Shown here one piece after another: positions 14,970 to 15,238 of a DNA stretch of 15,238 nucleotides (position 1 is the stretch's first letter; each line of letters begins with the position of its first letter). The translations under genes and the position numbers were made by a program. The notes below the pieces were generated by a model. That model saw only the letters and a program-made list of their open reading frames with translations. It had not been told where the DNA came from and did not search any database. This stretch comes from Candidatus Caldarchaeum sp. (GTDB taxonomy: Archaea > Thermoproteota > Nitrososphaeria_A > Caldarchaeales > Caldarchaeaceae): positions 1 through 15,238 of the forward strand of contig JAWBRA010000033.1 in NCBI GenBank assembly GCA_038844785.1, in the 5' to 3' direction.

Positions 14970-15238
14970 TTTCCCGGGTCTCCTTAACAGTCTTCCAGAT
15001 TCTCTTTAGCAGTTGTTCTTCGTCCCTTGCTTTGTGGTGTGTGTTTTTCAGAACCGTTGTTGTCAGCCTTGAAAGCGCGTGTCTCGCCGGTTTGCTGTAG
15101 TTTTTGACCGTTCCCTTCTTGCCTTCGTAGAGGCCGAAGAACTTTTTGAGACGTTTGAAAGACTTGGTTCTTTCAACGTATGGTATTATCTCTGCTAAGG
15201 CCTCTTTTGCAATTAGATGGTTTTCTCCCGTTATTCCA
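14950..15238 (-). CDS. IS110-like / Nop-fold RNA-binding protein, C-terminal part (copy 2; runs off the window; absent from the ORF track)
   Basis: Manual translation GITGENHLIAKEALAEIIPYVERTKSFKRLKKFFGLYEGKKGTVKNYSKPARHALSRLTTTVLKNTHHKARDEEQLLKRIWKTVKETRERLEAPA*; 75/95 identical to copy 1 with no indels or stops. Confidence 0.7.
   Translation of the reverse strand, partial: GITGENHLIAKEALAEIIPYVERTKSFKRLKKFFGLYEGKKGTVKNYSKPARHALSRLTTTVLKNTHHKARDEEQLLKRIWKTVKETRERLEAPA

Larger units (their letters stand above)
14796..15238 (-). repeat. Diverged inverted repeat, arm 2 (partner 128-572)
   Basis: Reverse complement aligns with 128-572. Confidence 0.95.

Noticed and set aside
14627-14987. ORF-track ORFs 14627-14875, 14632-14856 and 14805-14987
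   Set aside because: They overlap the tRNA, its promoter and the structured RNA; low-complexity translations with no support.

Overview
Archaeal window, probably TACK (Aigarchaeota/Thaumarchaeota-like, inferred from gene content only). The core is two convergent housekeeping blocks. On +: smc-scpA-scpB-rps8e-srp19-gar1-tfb-TFEbeta(RPC34-like)-rlmE. On -: tRNA-Gln(CTG), nop5-fibrillarin-rnhB-NTPase-trm1. A low-GC stretch of unassigned ORFs (~9260-10100) separates them. Both window edges carry inverted, diverged copies (79% aa identity over 95 aa) of a gene for an IS110-like/Nop-fold protein that appears to lack the IS110 catalytic-serine loop. Each copy is followed by a conserved ~150-nt stem-loop. 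Its only strongly variable part is a symmetric 13x13-nt internal loop made of two 'CC/CA-9 nt-TA/TT' segments, which looks like a reprogrammable dual-guide RNA (bridge RNA/seekRNA/TIGR-like). The two guides of copy 1 match, as split half-sites sharing an AT core, sites at or near the two ends of an adjacent ~810-bp segment holding truncated glyA and mevalonate-decarboxylase genes. This suggests an RNA-guided insertion or rearrangement. The N-termini of both element proteins lie outside the window, so nuclease or recombinase activity cannot be judged here.
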